Positions 25,806 through 35,904 of a stretch of 64,000 bases of DNA are shown piece by piece. The notes beneath the pieces were generated by a model, which had not been told where the DNA came from, made no database searches, and saw only the letters and a program-made list of their open reading frames with translations. Within the stretch, counting starts at the first letter, position 1. Each line of letters begins with the position of its first letter. The stretch lies in the IMG/VR virus record IMGVR_UViG_3300042975_000098; one strand, written 5' to 3'. The DNA comes from a virus. The position numbers and the translations under genes are program-made.

Positions 25806-26495
25806 ATGCCAACGGAAGCGAAGGCCGTATACGGTCGTGAACCTGACGGTACGTACTCACGATGCCGGGCACGGCCCGAGAACATGGGGACCGGGCGCTG
25901 CCATCATCGACCGGGGCCGTCCATGGGCGTGAACGCGGCGGCGCATCTGAGCATGACGGCGAACGAGGTGAACGCGCTTAACGAGCGGGTGATCGCATGG
26001 AACCATGATTCCGGCGCGTCCGCGCTGACGAAGGTCCGGGGCGGTCGCGGGCGATCGGGCGCGAGGTCCGCGGGCGGCGACATGGCCATGCGGATGATCA
26101 TGGCGAAGATGGGGTACCGCGCGGACGGTGACGGCGATAGCCGACCGGTCGGCGACGCGATCGAGCGCACTCGCCGGTTCCGCGGCGCCGATGGCAGGAT
26201 CGCCATCACCACGGTCGAGCGTGACGGCGGCGTCGTCGGCGCCTATCATGACGCGGTGATCGGCGGGACGGTCGTGTCGACGGAGCTTGACGCCCGGCAG
26301 ATGGATGACGCGACGGCGGCGCGAGTGCTGACGAACTCGATCAGGGCCGCGAGAAGGACCGACGCGAAGCGCATGGACGTGAGCGTCGCCCATGACGGCG
26401 ATGACCCGCTGGCGTCCGAGGGCGATATCGTCATCGGCTATGGCGACGCCGCGGGGCGTATCACCGACATCGACGTCATCCGCGCCCGGGACTGA
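25806..26495 (+). CDS. Hypothetical protein with Cys/His leader, copy 1
   Basis: DGTYSRCRARPENMGTGRCHH motif. Confidence 0.7.
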   Translation: MPTEAKAVYGREPDGTYSRCRARPENMGTGRCHHRPGPSMGVNAAAHLSMTANEVNALNERVIAWNHDSGASALTKVRGGRGRSGARSAGGDMAMRMIMAKMGYRADGDGDSRPVGDAIERTRRFRGADGRIAITTVERDGGVVGAYHDAVIGGTVVSTELDARQMDDATAARVLTNSIRAARRTDAKRMDVSVAHDGDDPLASEGDIVIGYGDAAGRITDIDVIRARD

Positions 26496-26531
26496 CGATA
26501 TTGCCCACGCGATCCACGGGAGGGCAATCAC

Positions 26532-26858
26532 ATGAGTACCATCAGCGACACCACGAGAAGCAGGGCCATGACCATCCACGACATGGTGATGGGCATGGGG
26601 CTGCCGGAACCGGACGTCCACGCCACGCGCGTGGGCACCGCGGTCGTAAGCTCCATCGGCGATGATTCCATCGGGTTCATCGAGTTCGATGACGTGGCCG
26701 GCGCCTCGTACCATAAGGACCCGCATGTGCCGGTCATCGACCCGATGAACGCCGACGAGGGATTCAGGAACGCGGACATAGCCGATTTCGACCCGGCGTC
26801 ATTCACGCAGGACGAGATCAGGGCCGTGTTCACCGCCGCCGACACGCCGGCGGAGTAG
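26532..26858 (+). CDS. Hypothetical acidic protein, copy 1
   Basis: GGAGGG RBS; acidic ORF. Confidence 0.7.
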   Translation: MSTISDTTRSRAMTIHDMVMGMGLPEPDVHATRVGTAVVSSIGDDSIGFIEFDDVAGASYHKDPHVPVIDPMNADEGFRNADIADFDPASFTQDEIRAVFTAADTPAE

Positions 26859-26890
26859 ATCGTCCGCCCCTGACGGTATCATTGGTGATC

Positions 26891-27361
26891 ATGAGAATAC
26901 TAGTGACCGGAAGCCGATACCGCCCGGGGGTCGACGTGCGCAACGTGCTCGACCGTTATCGTGGCGTGGCCACCGAGATCGTCGTGGGAAGCTCCACCGG
27001 GGCCGACGCGGCGGCCAGGGCGTGGGCGCGCGCGAACGGGGTGCCGTGCAAGACGTTCCAGAGTGATGACGAGCATAATCATCTCATCGGGTTCAGCAAG
27101 GACGCCATGGACGAGAAGCCCGACCTATGCCTTGCGTTCCCCATCGGGAACTCGCGTGGAACGATCACGGCGATAGAGATGATGCGCAGATCGGGAACGC
27201 CCGTCACCGTCATCCCGGAGTTCGATAACGAGGACTTCGACCGTAAGCATGACGGCGCGGTCATCATGGCGGCGCCGAGCGACGGCGAACTGATGAGGGT
27301 CACGCTCGACAAGACCGTGGAAATCTACGACAAGGGCATCAGGGAGCTGGCGGACCTATGA
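26891..27361 (+). CDS. SLOG-family (DUF2493/YspA-like) protein with antitoxin-like C-terminal tail, copy 1
   Basis: MRILVTGSR, GADAAARAWA, CLAFP.GNSRGT; tail EIYDKGIRELA. Confidence 0.75.
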   Translation: MRILVTGSRYRPGVDVRNVLDRYRGVATEIVVGSSTGADAAARAWARANGVPCKTFQSDDEHNHLIGFSKDAMDEKPDLCLAFPIGNSRGTITAIEMMRRSGTPVTVIPEFDNEDFDRKHDGAVIMAAPSDGELMRVTLDKTVEIYDKGIRELADL

Positions 27362-27783
27362 ACGGTTACGGACTCAAACCAGTGGAGTTCGACGAGGAGC
27401 GGCTCGACGATCTGGTCGACGTGATCATGAGCGCCCATGGCGTCGCGACATCGGTCGGCGGCGGGCTTACCGCGGCCAACGCGACGAACAGGGAGCGCGT
27501 GCGCGCGGCCATCACCGGCATCGTGTGCTATCACGTCGAACGGTTCGCCGACCTGGGGGTGCAGGGCGTCGCGCTCATCGTCCGCATAGCCAAGGCGCAC
27601 GCGTTCGCCGACGGCAACAAGCGCACGGCCATGCTCACCGGCATCACGTTCCTTGAGACGTATGGCCTTCCCGTGGCGTGCTCGCAGCATGACTTCGCGC
27701 TCGCCGGCGTGGCCGCCGCCGTCGGCGACGCCGATGGCGTTCGCTCGCGGCTGTTCGCCGGGGACCACGACGTGGTACAATGA
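27358..27783 (+). CDS. doc: Fic/Doc-family toxin, copy 1
   Basis: HAFADGNKRTA Fic motif; ATGA overlap with the upstream gene. Confidence 0.88.
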   Translation: MNGYGLKPVEFDEERLDDLVDVIMSAHGVATSVGGGLTAANATNRERVRAAITGIVCYHVERFADLGVQGVALIVRIAKAHAFADGNKRTAMLTGITFLETYGLPVACSQHDFALAGVAAAVGDADGVRSRLFAGDHDVVQ

Positions 27784-27834
27784 AACGTATGTGGCACGCG
27801 GGTGGCGCGTGCTTGACCGATTGGAGAGTCTAAG

Positions 27835-28668
27835 ATGGCTGACATGACCGATGCCGAGCAGGCGAGGGAGAACAGGAAATACACGCTGATAGGCGTGATC
27901 GTCACGATCATCGCGGCGATCGCGATCATCGGCGCGGCGATCGCGATCGTCCACGCCAACAGGGCGAAGAACATCAGCGACGAGAGCAAGTCCAGGGCCG
28001 CGTTCTCCAGGATCGCCGACAAGCCGGCTCACGTCGCCGCCGACGGCGCTCTCGTCTACGATCGGCACGGGCTCGAGAAGAGCCCCGTGGACGCCGCGGC
28101 TTCCAACGTCGACCGGGGCGCCAAAGCGGTCGACGTGTACATGGACATGAACTGCCCCGCGTGCGCCATCACCGAGAACACGCTCGCGGACACGTACTCG
28201 AGCCTATTGAAGAGCGGCAGGATACAGCTTCGCATCCACATCGTGTCGTTCCTCGACAACATGAGCAGCGATAAGTACTCGGAGCGGGCCGGGCGCTTCG
28301 TTCTCGCCGCCAGCGACATCGATGGCGACAAGACGCTGAACCTCATCCGGCTCATGTACTCGAACAAGTACTTCCCGGGCGAGGGAACGTCCTACAAGAA
28401 GACCACGTTGAAGGATCTCCGTTCGACCGCGGTCGCCGCCGGGTTCACGAAGGCGCAGGCCGCGCGCATCAGCGAGACCAAGTACGCGGACTGGCTCACC
28501 GCGAAGACGAACTGGTCTCTGGACCGCAAGGACCTGAAGAAGTCCGATGGCACGTTCAGCACGCCTATCGTCCAGGTGAACGGCAAGCACATCGACTACA
28601 ACAACGCCGACCTGCACAAGGCGCTGACCACGCTCGTCGACGCTTCAGCCAAGACGAAGGCGAAGTGA
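27835..28668 (+). CDS. Membrane-anchored DsbA/thioredoxin-fold protein, copy 1
   Basis: N-terminal TM helix, YMDMNCPAC (CxxC), STP cis-Pro loop. Confidence 0.88.
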   Translation: MADMTDAEQARENRKYTLIGVIVTIIAAIAIIGAAIAIVHANRAKNISDESKSRAAFSRIADKPAHVAADGALVYDRHGLEKSPVDAAASNVDRGAKAVDVYMDMNCPACAITENTLADTYSSLLKSGRIQLRIHIVSFLDNMSSDKYSERAGRFVLAASDIDGDKTLNLIRLMYSNKYFPGEGTSYKKTTLKDLRSTAVAAGFTKAQAARISETKYADWLTAKTNWSLDRKDLKKSDGTFSTPIVQVNGKHIDYNNADLHKALTTLVDASAKTKAK

Positions 28669-28703
28669 CGGCGATGGCGTAGACGACCGCCGGCACATGG
28701 CAG

Positions 28704-28751
28704 GGCCGGCGCGATGGGAGAGGTTATCCCCCTCATCGCGCCGGCCTTTCT
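28704..28751 (+). terminator. Hairpin terminator after the DsbA-like gene (repeated in copy 2)
   Basis: GGCCGGCGCGATG/CATCGCGCCGGCC followed by TTTCT. Confidence 0.7.
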
Positions 28752-28791
28752 GTTAGATGGTTTACCGTAACGAAATGGTAAGGAGACCGTC

Positions 28792-29733
28792 ATGGCATAT
28801 CACATCTCACCGAAGACGCACAAGCCGGAACGATGCGTCGCTAAGATCGGCTGCCGGTACGGGGCCGGGGTCAAGCACTTCGACACGCTACGAGAAGCCG
28901 AGGATTACCAAGAGACGCAATACGAGCAGGAGTACGCTAAGAAAGCGCAGTCGCCGTTGGTGGCGCGCAGGATACGCCGCGAGCACGAGCAGCTGAACCA
29001 CGTCGACAATCCCATCGTCGACGCCGAGCTTCAAGGCATCATCGATTCCAGCGCACGGTCGCGGACGATGGTCATGGCATTGTCGTCCAACGGCAATTAT
29101 GCGGAGTACCCGGTGCGCAAGCTCCGGTACTCGAATCGCGCGGACGTGGCCGCCGCGGTCAAATCGTATGACGATACGATGTCCTATGTCGACGGCATCA
29201 AGGACCCGGAGCAGAAACTCGCCGTCCTGTACTCGAACCGCGATCGCATCGACGCCGATTACGAGGCGCTGCGCAAGAGCATCGACCTGTCCGGCGTGGA
29301 CGCCGACACCATTTACGAGGGTCGCAACGGCGGCTCGTTCGTCATCGGCTCATACGCCACGGTGGATGTCGATGCCATGGCCGCGGACGGGGTGGACGTG
29401 GACGAGTATCGTCATGCCGTCGATCAGATCGATGAGACGGCGTTGAAGAAGGCGGTCGTCGAACTTGGCGACGAGGGCAAGTCGATGCTCGACCGGAACA
29501 CCATATTCTTCGCGCGGAAGACATCGTACAACGAGTTGAACTCGGACCCGCGCGGGAACCTGTACCAGCCGACCACCGGCGGCATCGCCGCCATGAGCGA
29601 GGCGCATAAGCGCGCGCTGCTGTGCGAGACCGGGCTGATGAAGAAGAACATCACCGAGCGCATCGACCGCTCCGCACTCGAGGATGAGGGTGATGGCGTT
29701 GTGCGACGGCGGCGGCATCACGTCGAACCGTGA
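28792..29733 (+). pseudogene. C-terminally truncated copy of 33321-34520, cut by the duplication junction
   Basis: Identical until ERIDRS, then reads into duplicated sequence. Confidence 0.8.
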
Positions 29734-29880
29734 CGTGACGCTGATCGAGAAACCAAGGATATACGGGTACTGATCGGCGGCGATCGCCGCCGCCCGCCGC
29801 CGATGATGACGCGCGGCCGGGGACGATTCCGCGCGTTCCGATCAAACTTATAGAAAATAACTAAGGAAGCGGTAAAACCA

Positions 29881-30255
29881 ATGAGAACCACGCTTATGAT
29901 CGTATTCGCCCTGCTGGCGGTCGCCGAGATGGCCACGGGCGTCATCACCACCGAGAACCACCGGCCGCAGATCAAGCACGTCGCGGATGCGTGCGGGTTC
30001 CTGGCGTTCGCCCTCGCGGCCGGCGTATGGCCGGCGTCATCGTGGGCGGGCGTCGGCGCGCTGATACTCGGGTGCGCCGGCATCGTCGCCGGCGTGTTCC
30101 TCGCGTCCTCGGACGAGAGGGCAGCTGCCGCCGACAAGCGCCGGCGGGAGGAGAGCGAGGCCAACGCGATGCTGACGGGCGCGAACATGGACATGGTGCG
30201 CGCCGAGGCCACCCGACTGGTCGAGCAGGAGTCGGCGCGCGGCCGGAACCGTTGA
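29881..30255 (+). CDS. Small membrane protein, intact copy 2
   Basis: Three hydrophobic segments. Confidence 0.7.
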   Translation: MRTTLMIVFALLAVAEMATGVITTENHRPQIKHVADACGFLAFALAAGVWPASSWAGVGALILGCAGIVAGVFLASSDERAAAADKRRREESEANAMLTGANMDMVRAEATRLVEQESARGRNR

Positions 30256-30330
30256 GCAGTATGACATCCACGCACCCGACATCTGTTAGATGACTGTCGT
30301 AACAGAGAACGGGCAGGATCGGAGCATGTG

Positions 30331-31020
30331 ATGCCAACGGAAGCGAAGGCCGTATACGGTCGTGAACCTGACGGTACGTACTCACGATGCCGGGCACGGC
30401 CCGAGAACATGGGGACCGGGCGCTGCCATCATCGACCGGGGCCGTCCATGGGCGTGAACGCGGCGGCGCATCTGAGCATGACGGCGAACGAGGTGAACGC
30501 GCTTAACGAGCGGGTGATCGCATGGAACCATGATTCCGGCGCGTCCGCGCTGACGAAGGCTCGGGGCGGTCGCGGGCGATCGGGCGCGAGGTCCGCGGGC
30601 GGCGACATGGCCATGCGGATGATCATGGCGAAGATGGGGTACCGCGCGGACGGTGACGGCGATAGCCGACCGGTCGGCGACGCGATCGAGCGCACTCGCC
30701 GGTTCCGCGGCGCCGATGGCAGGATCGCCATCACCACGGTCGAGCGTGACGGCGGCGTCGTCGGCGCCTATCATGACGCGGTGATCGGCGGGACGGTCGT
30801 GTCGACGGAGCTTGACGCCCGGCAGATGGATGACGCGACGGCGGCGCGAGTGCTGACGAACTCGATCAGGGCCGCGAGAAGGACCGACGCGAAGCGCATG
30901 GACGTGAGCGTCGCCCATGACGGCGATGACCCGCTGGCGTCCGAGGGCGATATCGTCATCGGCTATGGCGACGCCGCGGGGCGTATCACCGACATCGACG
31001 TCATCCGCGCCCGGGACTGA
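30331..31020 (+). CDS. Cys/His leader protein, copy 2
   Basis: Duplicate of 25806-26495. Confidence 0.7.
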   Translation: MPTEAKAVYGREPDGTYSRCRARPENMGTGRCHHRPGPSMGVNAAAHLSMTANEVNALNERVIAWNHDSGASALTKARGGRGRSGARSAGGDMAMRMIMAKMGYRADGDGDSRPVGDAIERTRRFRGADGRIAITTVERDGGVVGAYHDAVIGGTVVSTELDARQMDDATAARVLTNSIRAARRTDAKRMDVSVAHDGDDPLASEGDIVIGYGDAAGRITDIDVIRARD

Positions 31021-31056
31021 CGATATTGCCCACGCGATCCACGGGAGGGCAATCAT

Positions 31057-31383
31057 ATGAGTACCATCAGCGACACCACGAGAAGCAGGGCCATGACCAT
31101 CCACGACATGGTGATGGGCATGGGGCTGCCGGAACCGGACGTCCACGCCACGCGCGTGGGCACCGCGGTCGTAAGCTCCATCGGCGATGATTCCATCGGG
31201 TTCATCGAGTTCGATGACGTGGCCGGCGCCTCGTACCATAAGGACCCGCATGTGCCGGTCATCGACCCGATGAACGCCGACGAGGGATTCAGGAACGCGG
31301 ACATAGCCGATTTCGACCCGGCGTCATTCACGCAGGACGAGATCAGGGCCGTGTTCACCGCCGCCGACACGCCGGCGGAGTAG
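31057..31383 (+). CDS. Hypothetical acidic protein, copy 2
   Basis: Duplicate of 26532-26858. Confidence 0.7.
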   Translation: MSTISDTTRSRAMTIHDMVMGMGLPEPDVHATRVGTAVVSSIGDDSIGFIEFDDVAGASYHKDPHVPVIDPMNADEGFRNADIADFDPASFTQDEIRAVFTAADTPAE

Positions 31384-31416
31384 ATCGTTCCGCCCCTGAC
31401 GGTATCATTGGTGATC

Positions 31417-31887
31417 ATGAGAATACTAGTGACCGGAAGCCGATACCGCCCGGGGGTCGACGTGCGCAACGTGCTCGACCGTTATCGTGGCGTGGCCACC
31501 GAGATCGTCGTGGGAAGCTCCACCGGGGCCGACGCGGCGGCCAGGGCGTGGGCGCGCGCGAACGGGGTGCCGTGCAAGACGTTCCAGAGTGATGACGAGC
31601 ATAATCATCTCATCGGGTTCAGCAAGGACGCCATGGACGAGAAGCCCGACCTATGCCTTGCGTTCCCCATCGGGAACTCGCGTGGAACGATCACGGCGAT
31701 AGAGATGATGCGCAGATCGGGAACGCCCGTCACCGTCATCCCGGAGTTCGATAACGAGGACTTCGACCGTAAGCATGACGGCGCGGTCATCATGGCGGCG
31801 CCGAGCGACGGCGAACTGATGAGGGTCACGCTCGACAAGACCGTGGAAATCTACGACAAGGGCATCAGGGAGCTGGCGGACCTATGA
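31417..31887 (+). CDS. SLOG-antitoxin-like fusion, copy 2
   Basis: Duplicate of 26891-27361. Confidence 0.75.
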   Translation: MRILVTGSRYRPGVDVRNVLDRYRGVATEIVVGSSTGADAAARAWARANGVPCKTFQSDDEHNHLIGFSKDAMDEKPDLCLAFPIGNSRGTITAIEMMRRSGTPVTVIPEFDNEDFDRKHDGAVIMAAPSDGELMRVTLDKTVEIYDKGIRELADL

Positions 31888-32309
31888 ACGGTTACGGACT
31901 CAAACCAGTGGAGTTCGACGAGGAGCGGCTCGACGATCTGGTCGACGTGATCATGAGCGCCCATGGCGTCGCGACATCGGTCGGCGGCGGGCTTACCGCG
32001 GCCAACGCGACGAACAGGGAGCGCGTGCGCGCGGCCATCACCGGCATCGTGTGCTATCACGTCGAACGGTTCGCCGACCTGGGGGTGCAGGGCGTCGCGC
32101 TCATCGTCCGCATAGCCAAGGCGCACGCGTTCGCCGACGGCAACAAGCGCACGGCCATGCTCACCGGCATCACGTTCCTTGAGACGTATGGCCTTCCCGT
32201 GGCGTGCTCGCAGCATGACTTCGCGCTCGCCGGCGTGGCCGCCGCCGTCGGCGACGCCGATGGCGTTCGCTCGCGGCTGTTCGCCGGGGACCACGACGTG
32301 GTACAATGA
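31884..32309 (+). CDS. doc: Fic/Doc-family toxin, copy 2
   Basis: Duplicate of 27358-27783. Confidence 0.88.
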   Translation: MNGYGLKPVEFDEERLDDLVDVIMSAHGVATSVGGGLTAANATNRERVRAAITGIVCYHVERFADLGVQGVALIVRIAKAHAFADGNKRTAMLTGITFLETYGLPVACSQHDFALAGVAAAVGDADGVRSRLFAGDHDVVQ

Positions 32310-32360
32310 AACGTATGTGGCACGCGGGTGGCGCGTGCTTGACCGATTGGAGAGTTTAAG

Positions 32361-33195
32361 ATGGCTGACATGACCGATGCCGAGCAGGCGAGGGAGAACA
32401 GGAAATACACGCTGATAGGCGTGATCGTCACGATCATCGCGGCGATCGCGATCATCGGCGCGGCGATAGCGATCGTCCACGCCAACAGGGCGAAGAACAT
32501 CAGCGACGAGAGCAAGTCCAAGGCCGCGTTCTCCAGGATCGCCGACAAGCCGGCTCACGTCGCCGTCGACGGCGCTCTCGTCTACGATCGCCGAGGGTTC
32601 GAGAAGGACCCCGTGGACCACCGCGGCTTCCAACGTCGACCGGGGCGCCAAAGCGGTCGACGTGTACATGGACATGAACTGCCCCGCGTGCGCCATCACC
32701 GAGAACACGCTCGCGGACACGTACTCGAGCCTATTGAAGAGCGGCAGGATCCAGCTTCGCATCCACATCGTGTCGTTCCTCGACAACATGAGCAGCGATA
32801 AGTACTCGGAGCGGGCCGGGCGCTTCGTTCTCGCCGCCAGCGACATCGATGGCGACAAGACGCTGAACCTCATCCGGCTCATGTACTCGAACAAGTACTT
32901 CCCGGGCGAGGGAACGTCCTACAAGAAGACCACGTTGAAGGATCTCCGTTCGACCGCGGTCGCCGCCGGGTTCACGAAGGCGCAGGCCGCGCGCATCAGC
33001 GAGACCAAGTACGCGGACTGGCTGACGGCGAAGACGAACTGGTCTCTGGACCGCAAGGACCTGAAGAAGTCCGATGGCACGTTCAGCACGCCTATCGTCC
33101 AGGTGAACGGCAAGCACATCGACTACAACAACGCCGACCTTCCCAAGGCGCTGACCACGCTCGTCGACGCTTCAGCCAAGACGAAGGCGAAGTGA
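32361..33195 (+). pseudogene. DsbA-like gene copy 2, frameshifted near 32620
   Basis: +1 nt relative to copy 1 within a cluster of mismatches. Confidence 0.75.
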
Positions 33196-33320
33196 CGGCG
33201 ATGGCGTAGACGACCGCCGGCACATGGCAGGGGCCGGCGCGATGGGAGAGGTTATCCCCCCTCATCGCGCCGGCCTTTCTGTTAGATGGTTTACCGTAAC
33301 GAAATGGTAAGGAGACCGTC

Positions 33321-34520
33321 ATGGCATATCACATCTCACCGAAGACGCACAAGCCGGAACGATGCGTCGCTAAGATCGGCTGCCGGTACGGGGCCGGGGT
33401 CAAGCACTTCGACACGCTACGAGAAGCCGAGGATTACCAAGAGACGCAATACGAGCAGGAGTACGCTAAGAAAGCGCAGTCGCCGTTGGTGGCGCGCAGG
33501 ATACGCCGCGAGCACGAGCAGCTGAACCACGTCGACAATCCCATCGTCGACGCCGAGCTTCAAGGCATCATCGATTCCAGCGCACGGTCGCGGACGATGG
33601 TCATGGCATTGTCGTCCAACGGCAATTATGCGGAGTACCCGGTGCGCAAGCTCCGGTACTCGAATCGCGCGGACGTGGCCGCCGCGGTCAAATCGTATGA
33701 CGATACGATGTCCTATGTCGACGGCATCAAGGACCCGGAGCAGAAACTCGCCGTCCTGTACTCGAACCGCGATCGCATCGACGCCGATTACGAGGCGCTG
33801 CGCAAGAGCATCGACCTGTCCGGCGTGGACGCCGACACCATTTACGAGGGTCGCAACGGCGGCTCGTTCGTCATCGGCTCGTACGCCACGGTGGATGTCG
33901 ACGCCATGGCCGCGGACGGGGTGGACGTGGACGAGTATCGTCATGCCGTCGATCAGATCGATGAGACGGCGTTGAAGAAGGCGGTCGTCGAACTTGGCGA
34001 CGAGGGCAAGTCGATGCTCGACCGGAACACCATATTCTTCGCGCGGAAGAAATCGTACAACGAGTTGAACTCGGACCCGCGCGGGAACCTGTACCAGCCG
34101 ACCACCGGCGGCATCGCCGCCATGAGCGAGGCGCATAAGCGCGCGCTGCTGTGCGAGACCGGGCTGATGAAGAAGAACATCACCGAGCGCATCGACCGCT
34201 CCGAGCGCGATCTGCGCAAGGCCGGCGTCGCGAAGCACAAGGACGAGGGCTGGTACTTCCGCAAGGGGAACGGGAAGATCGGGTTCACGGCGCGGACGAA
34301 CACGACGGTGAACCACGCCGCCGCGGCCAAGCACTTCGGGAATCTCGACTTCGCGAAGCGTAGCGTCGGCGCCGTCACCGTTGATGCGGTGAAGGAGCAG
34401 TACGGGTACCGTTACCTGAAGCCGGCGAAGCGGCTGTACTTCCGCGACATCAGCAGCGGCGAGGCCGAGCGCATACCGGACAAGCCGAAGACCGCGTACA
34501 GCGAGCGTCCCAAGGCGTGA
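33321..34520 (+). CDS. Hypothetical protein with Cys/His leader (full-length copy)
   Basis: MAYHISPKTHKPERCVAKIGCRYGAGVKHF leader. Confidence 0.8.
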   Translation: MAYHISPKTHKPERCVAKIGCRYGAGVKHFDTLREAEDYQETQYEQEYAKKAQSPLVARRIRREHEQLNHVDNPIVDAELQGIIDSSARSRTMVMALSSNGNYAEYPVRKLRYSNRADVAAAVKSYDDTMSYVDGIKDPEQKLAVLYSNRDRIDADYEALRKSIDLSGVDADTIYEGRNGGSFVIGSYATVDVDAMAADGVDVDEYRHAVDQIDETALKKAVVELGDEGKSMLDRNTIFFARKKSYNELNSDPRGNLYQPTTGGIAAMSEAHKRALLCETGLMKKNITERIDRSERDLRKAGVAKHKDEGWYFRKGNGKIGFTARTNTTVNHAAAAKHFGNLDFAKRSVGAVTVDAVKEQYGYRYLKPAKRLYFRDISSGEAERIPDKPKTAYSERPKA

Positions 34521-34650
34521 GCGGCGAACGCGAACCAGGCGGGGCGCGAGTGGGAACGATTCATCATCGTCCGCTCGCGCCCCCTTCTTATATTCCGCGG
34601 TATAATGCCAGCGATTCGCAAACGAATGACGACGAATGATTGGAGAGACC

Positions 34651-34921
34651 ATGAAAACGAACATGCTGTTCCTTAACGAGAACCCGGGGTACAAGGTGGA
34701 CGAGAAGCGAAGCGTCGTGTTCCAGCCCATGCAAGGGCGATAACATCGACTACAAGCTCGGCCCGCTCGTCGTGGAGTTCACGTCAAGGGAGAACCGCGA
34801 CCTGTTCTTCGCATCCAAGATCGGCGAGTTCAAGGCGGCCATCGACAGGAAGTACGGCGCCGACTTCCAGCCCATCCATGCCGTGGACGCCGACAGGCGC
34901 GACGGCGACATGGAGGCGTGA
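34651..34921 (+). pseudogene. Small hypothetical gene with apparent frameshift at ~34737
   Basis: GGAGAG RBS; premature TAA at GGGCGATAA, with coding-like frame continuing DNIDYKLGPL... Confidence 0.45.
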
Positions 34922-35016
34922 CCTGATTGACCGTCCCTGTGCCGCGACACGCGCGGACACCCGGTCGTGCCCATCGTGGTACAGTTGTGATAACGCCGCC
35001 GATATTGACGGCGAAC

Positions 35017-35379
35017 GGGGCCGAAAGGCATCGATTGGCCCGGATAACCGAATAGGGCAGGTACGACGAACCATGCTACCCTCGTCAACGGGATGTATGG
35101 AACCACTAACTGACGCCAGTAAGCCAGTTGACTTCGCTCTAGCAGCGTAGTCCGTGGACGTGATGAAGCTACGATTCCATAATCACGTCCGCGTCGCCAT
35201 CGAATCGGGAACGATGATGGGTCTACGGTCGCCCGCATCGTCCCTATGAGCACCGCGAACGGCATGGGCACGAATGCGACCGGACACCATGCCGCGATGA
35301 CACCCGATCGCGGAAACCTGTAATCCCCTACCGGTCATGCGGGAGCAAGACCCGGGTTCGATTCCCGGCGGCTCCACCC
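35017..35379 (+). ncRNA. ssrA: tmRNA, tag (A)DASKPVDFALAA
   Basis: GGGGCCG/CGGCTCC-A acceptor with G3.U70, T arm, TAACT before the resume codon GAC (35112), tag ORF ending ALAA-TAG at 35150. Confidence 0.93.
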
Positions 35380-35381
35380 AT

Positions 35382-35419
35382 GGAACGGCCCGACGATTCC
35401 CACATCGTCGGGCCGTTCC
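35382..35419 (+). terminator. 16-bp perfect hairpin after tmRNA
   Basis: GGAACGGCCCGACGAT/ATCGTCGGGCCGTTCC. Confidence 0.7.
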
Positions 35420-35554
35420 CGTATCCCGTCTGGAAAACGCGATCGGAATCGCTTCCGACACCGCTCTACGTCGATTACGCTCATACGATAAGCAAACGCT
35501 TGCCATATGAGCGTATTTTTCATGCGCCGTCGGAAAAACGGCGTTTTCGATACC
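35394..35554 (+). repeat. Dispersed repeat copy B, left half (with extended upstream homology to 38757)
   Basis: Matches copies A and C up to CGATACC, then interrupted. Confidence 0.9.
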
Positions 35555-35640
35555 TAGTATACACTACTTGTTGTTCTTGATGACCAGTTCCCTGGCCTGG
35601 GCTTCATGGAAAGCCGTCAAAAACCGTATACGCGGAACCC

Positions 35641-35850
35641 ATGTTCACGGATGCGCACCATGTACTCTATGGATTCAGGCTGTCGTATCAAGGAGATAAT
35701 GCCGATGAGCATCGTATCGAACCATTCATCATGCCGGAAGACGTCATAGCAATGATTCCTCATGATGCTCGTGATGATGAAGGCATGTATCCATTTTCAC
35801 TCGAAGCATTCGTTCGTGGAATCAATGAAAGAAAAACACCGAGGGATTAG
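35641..35850 (+). CDS. Small hypothetical protein
   Basis: 69-aa acidic ORF in the low-GC cargo. Confidence 0.4.
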   Translation: MFTDAHHVLYGFRLSYQGDNADEHRIEPFIMPEDVIAMIPHDARDDEGMYPFSLEAFVRGINERKTPRD

Positions 35851-35904
35851 CACATTGCCGAAATCCGTGATACACTGATAACAGTATGCAATAGGAGTGA
35901 TATC

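Larger units (their letters stand above)
25149..34203. repeat. Tandem duplication of ~4.5 kb (25149-29674 and 29675-34203)
   Basis: Near-identical copies; CCG microhomology at the junction. Confidence 0.95.
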
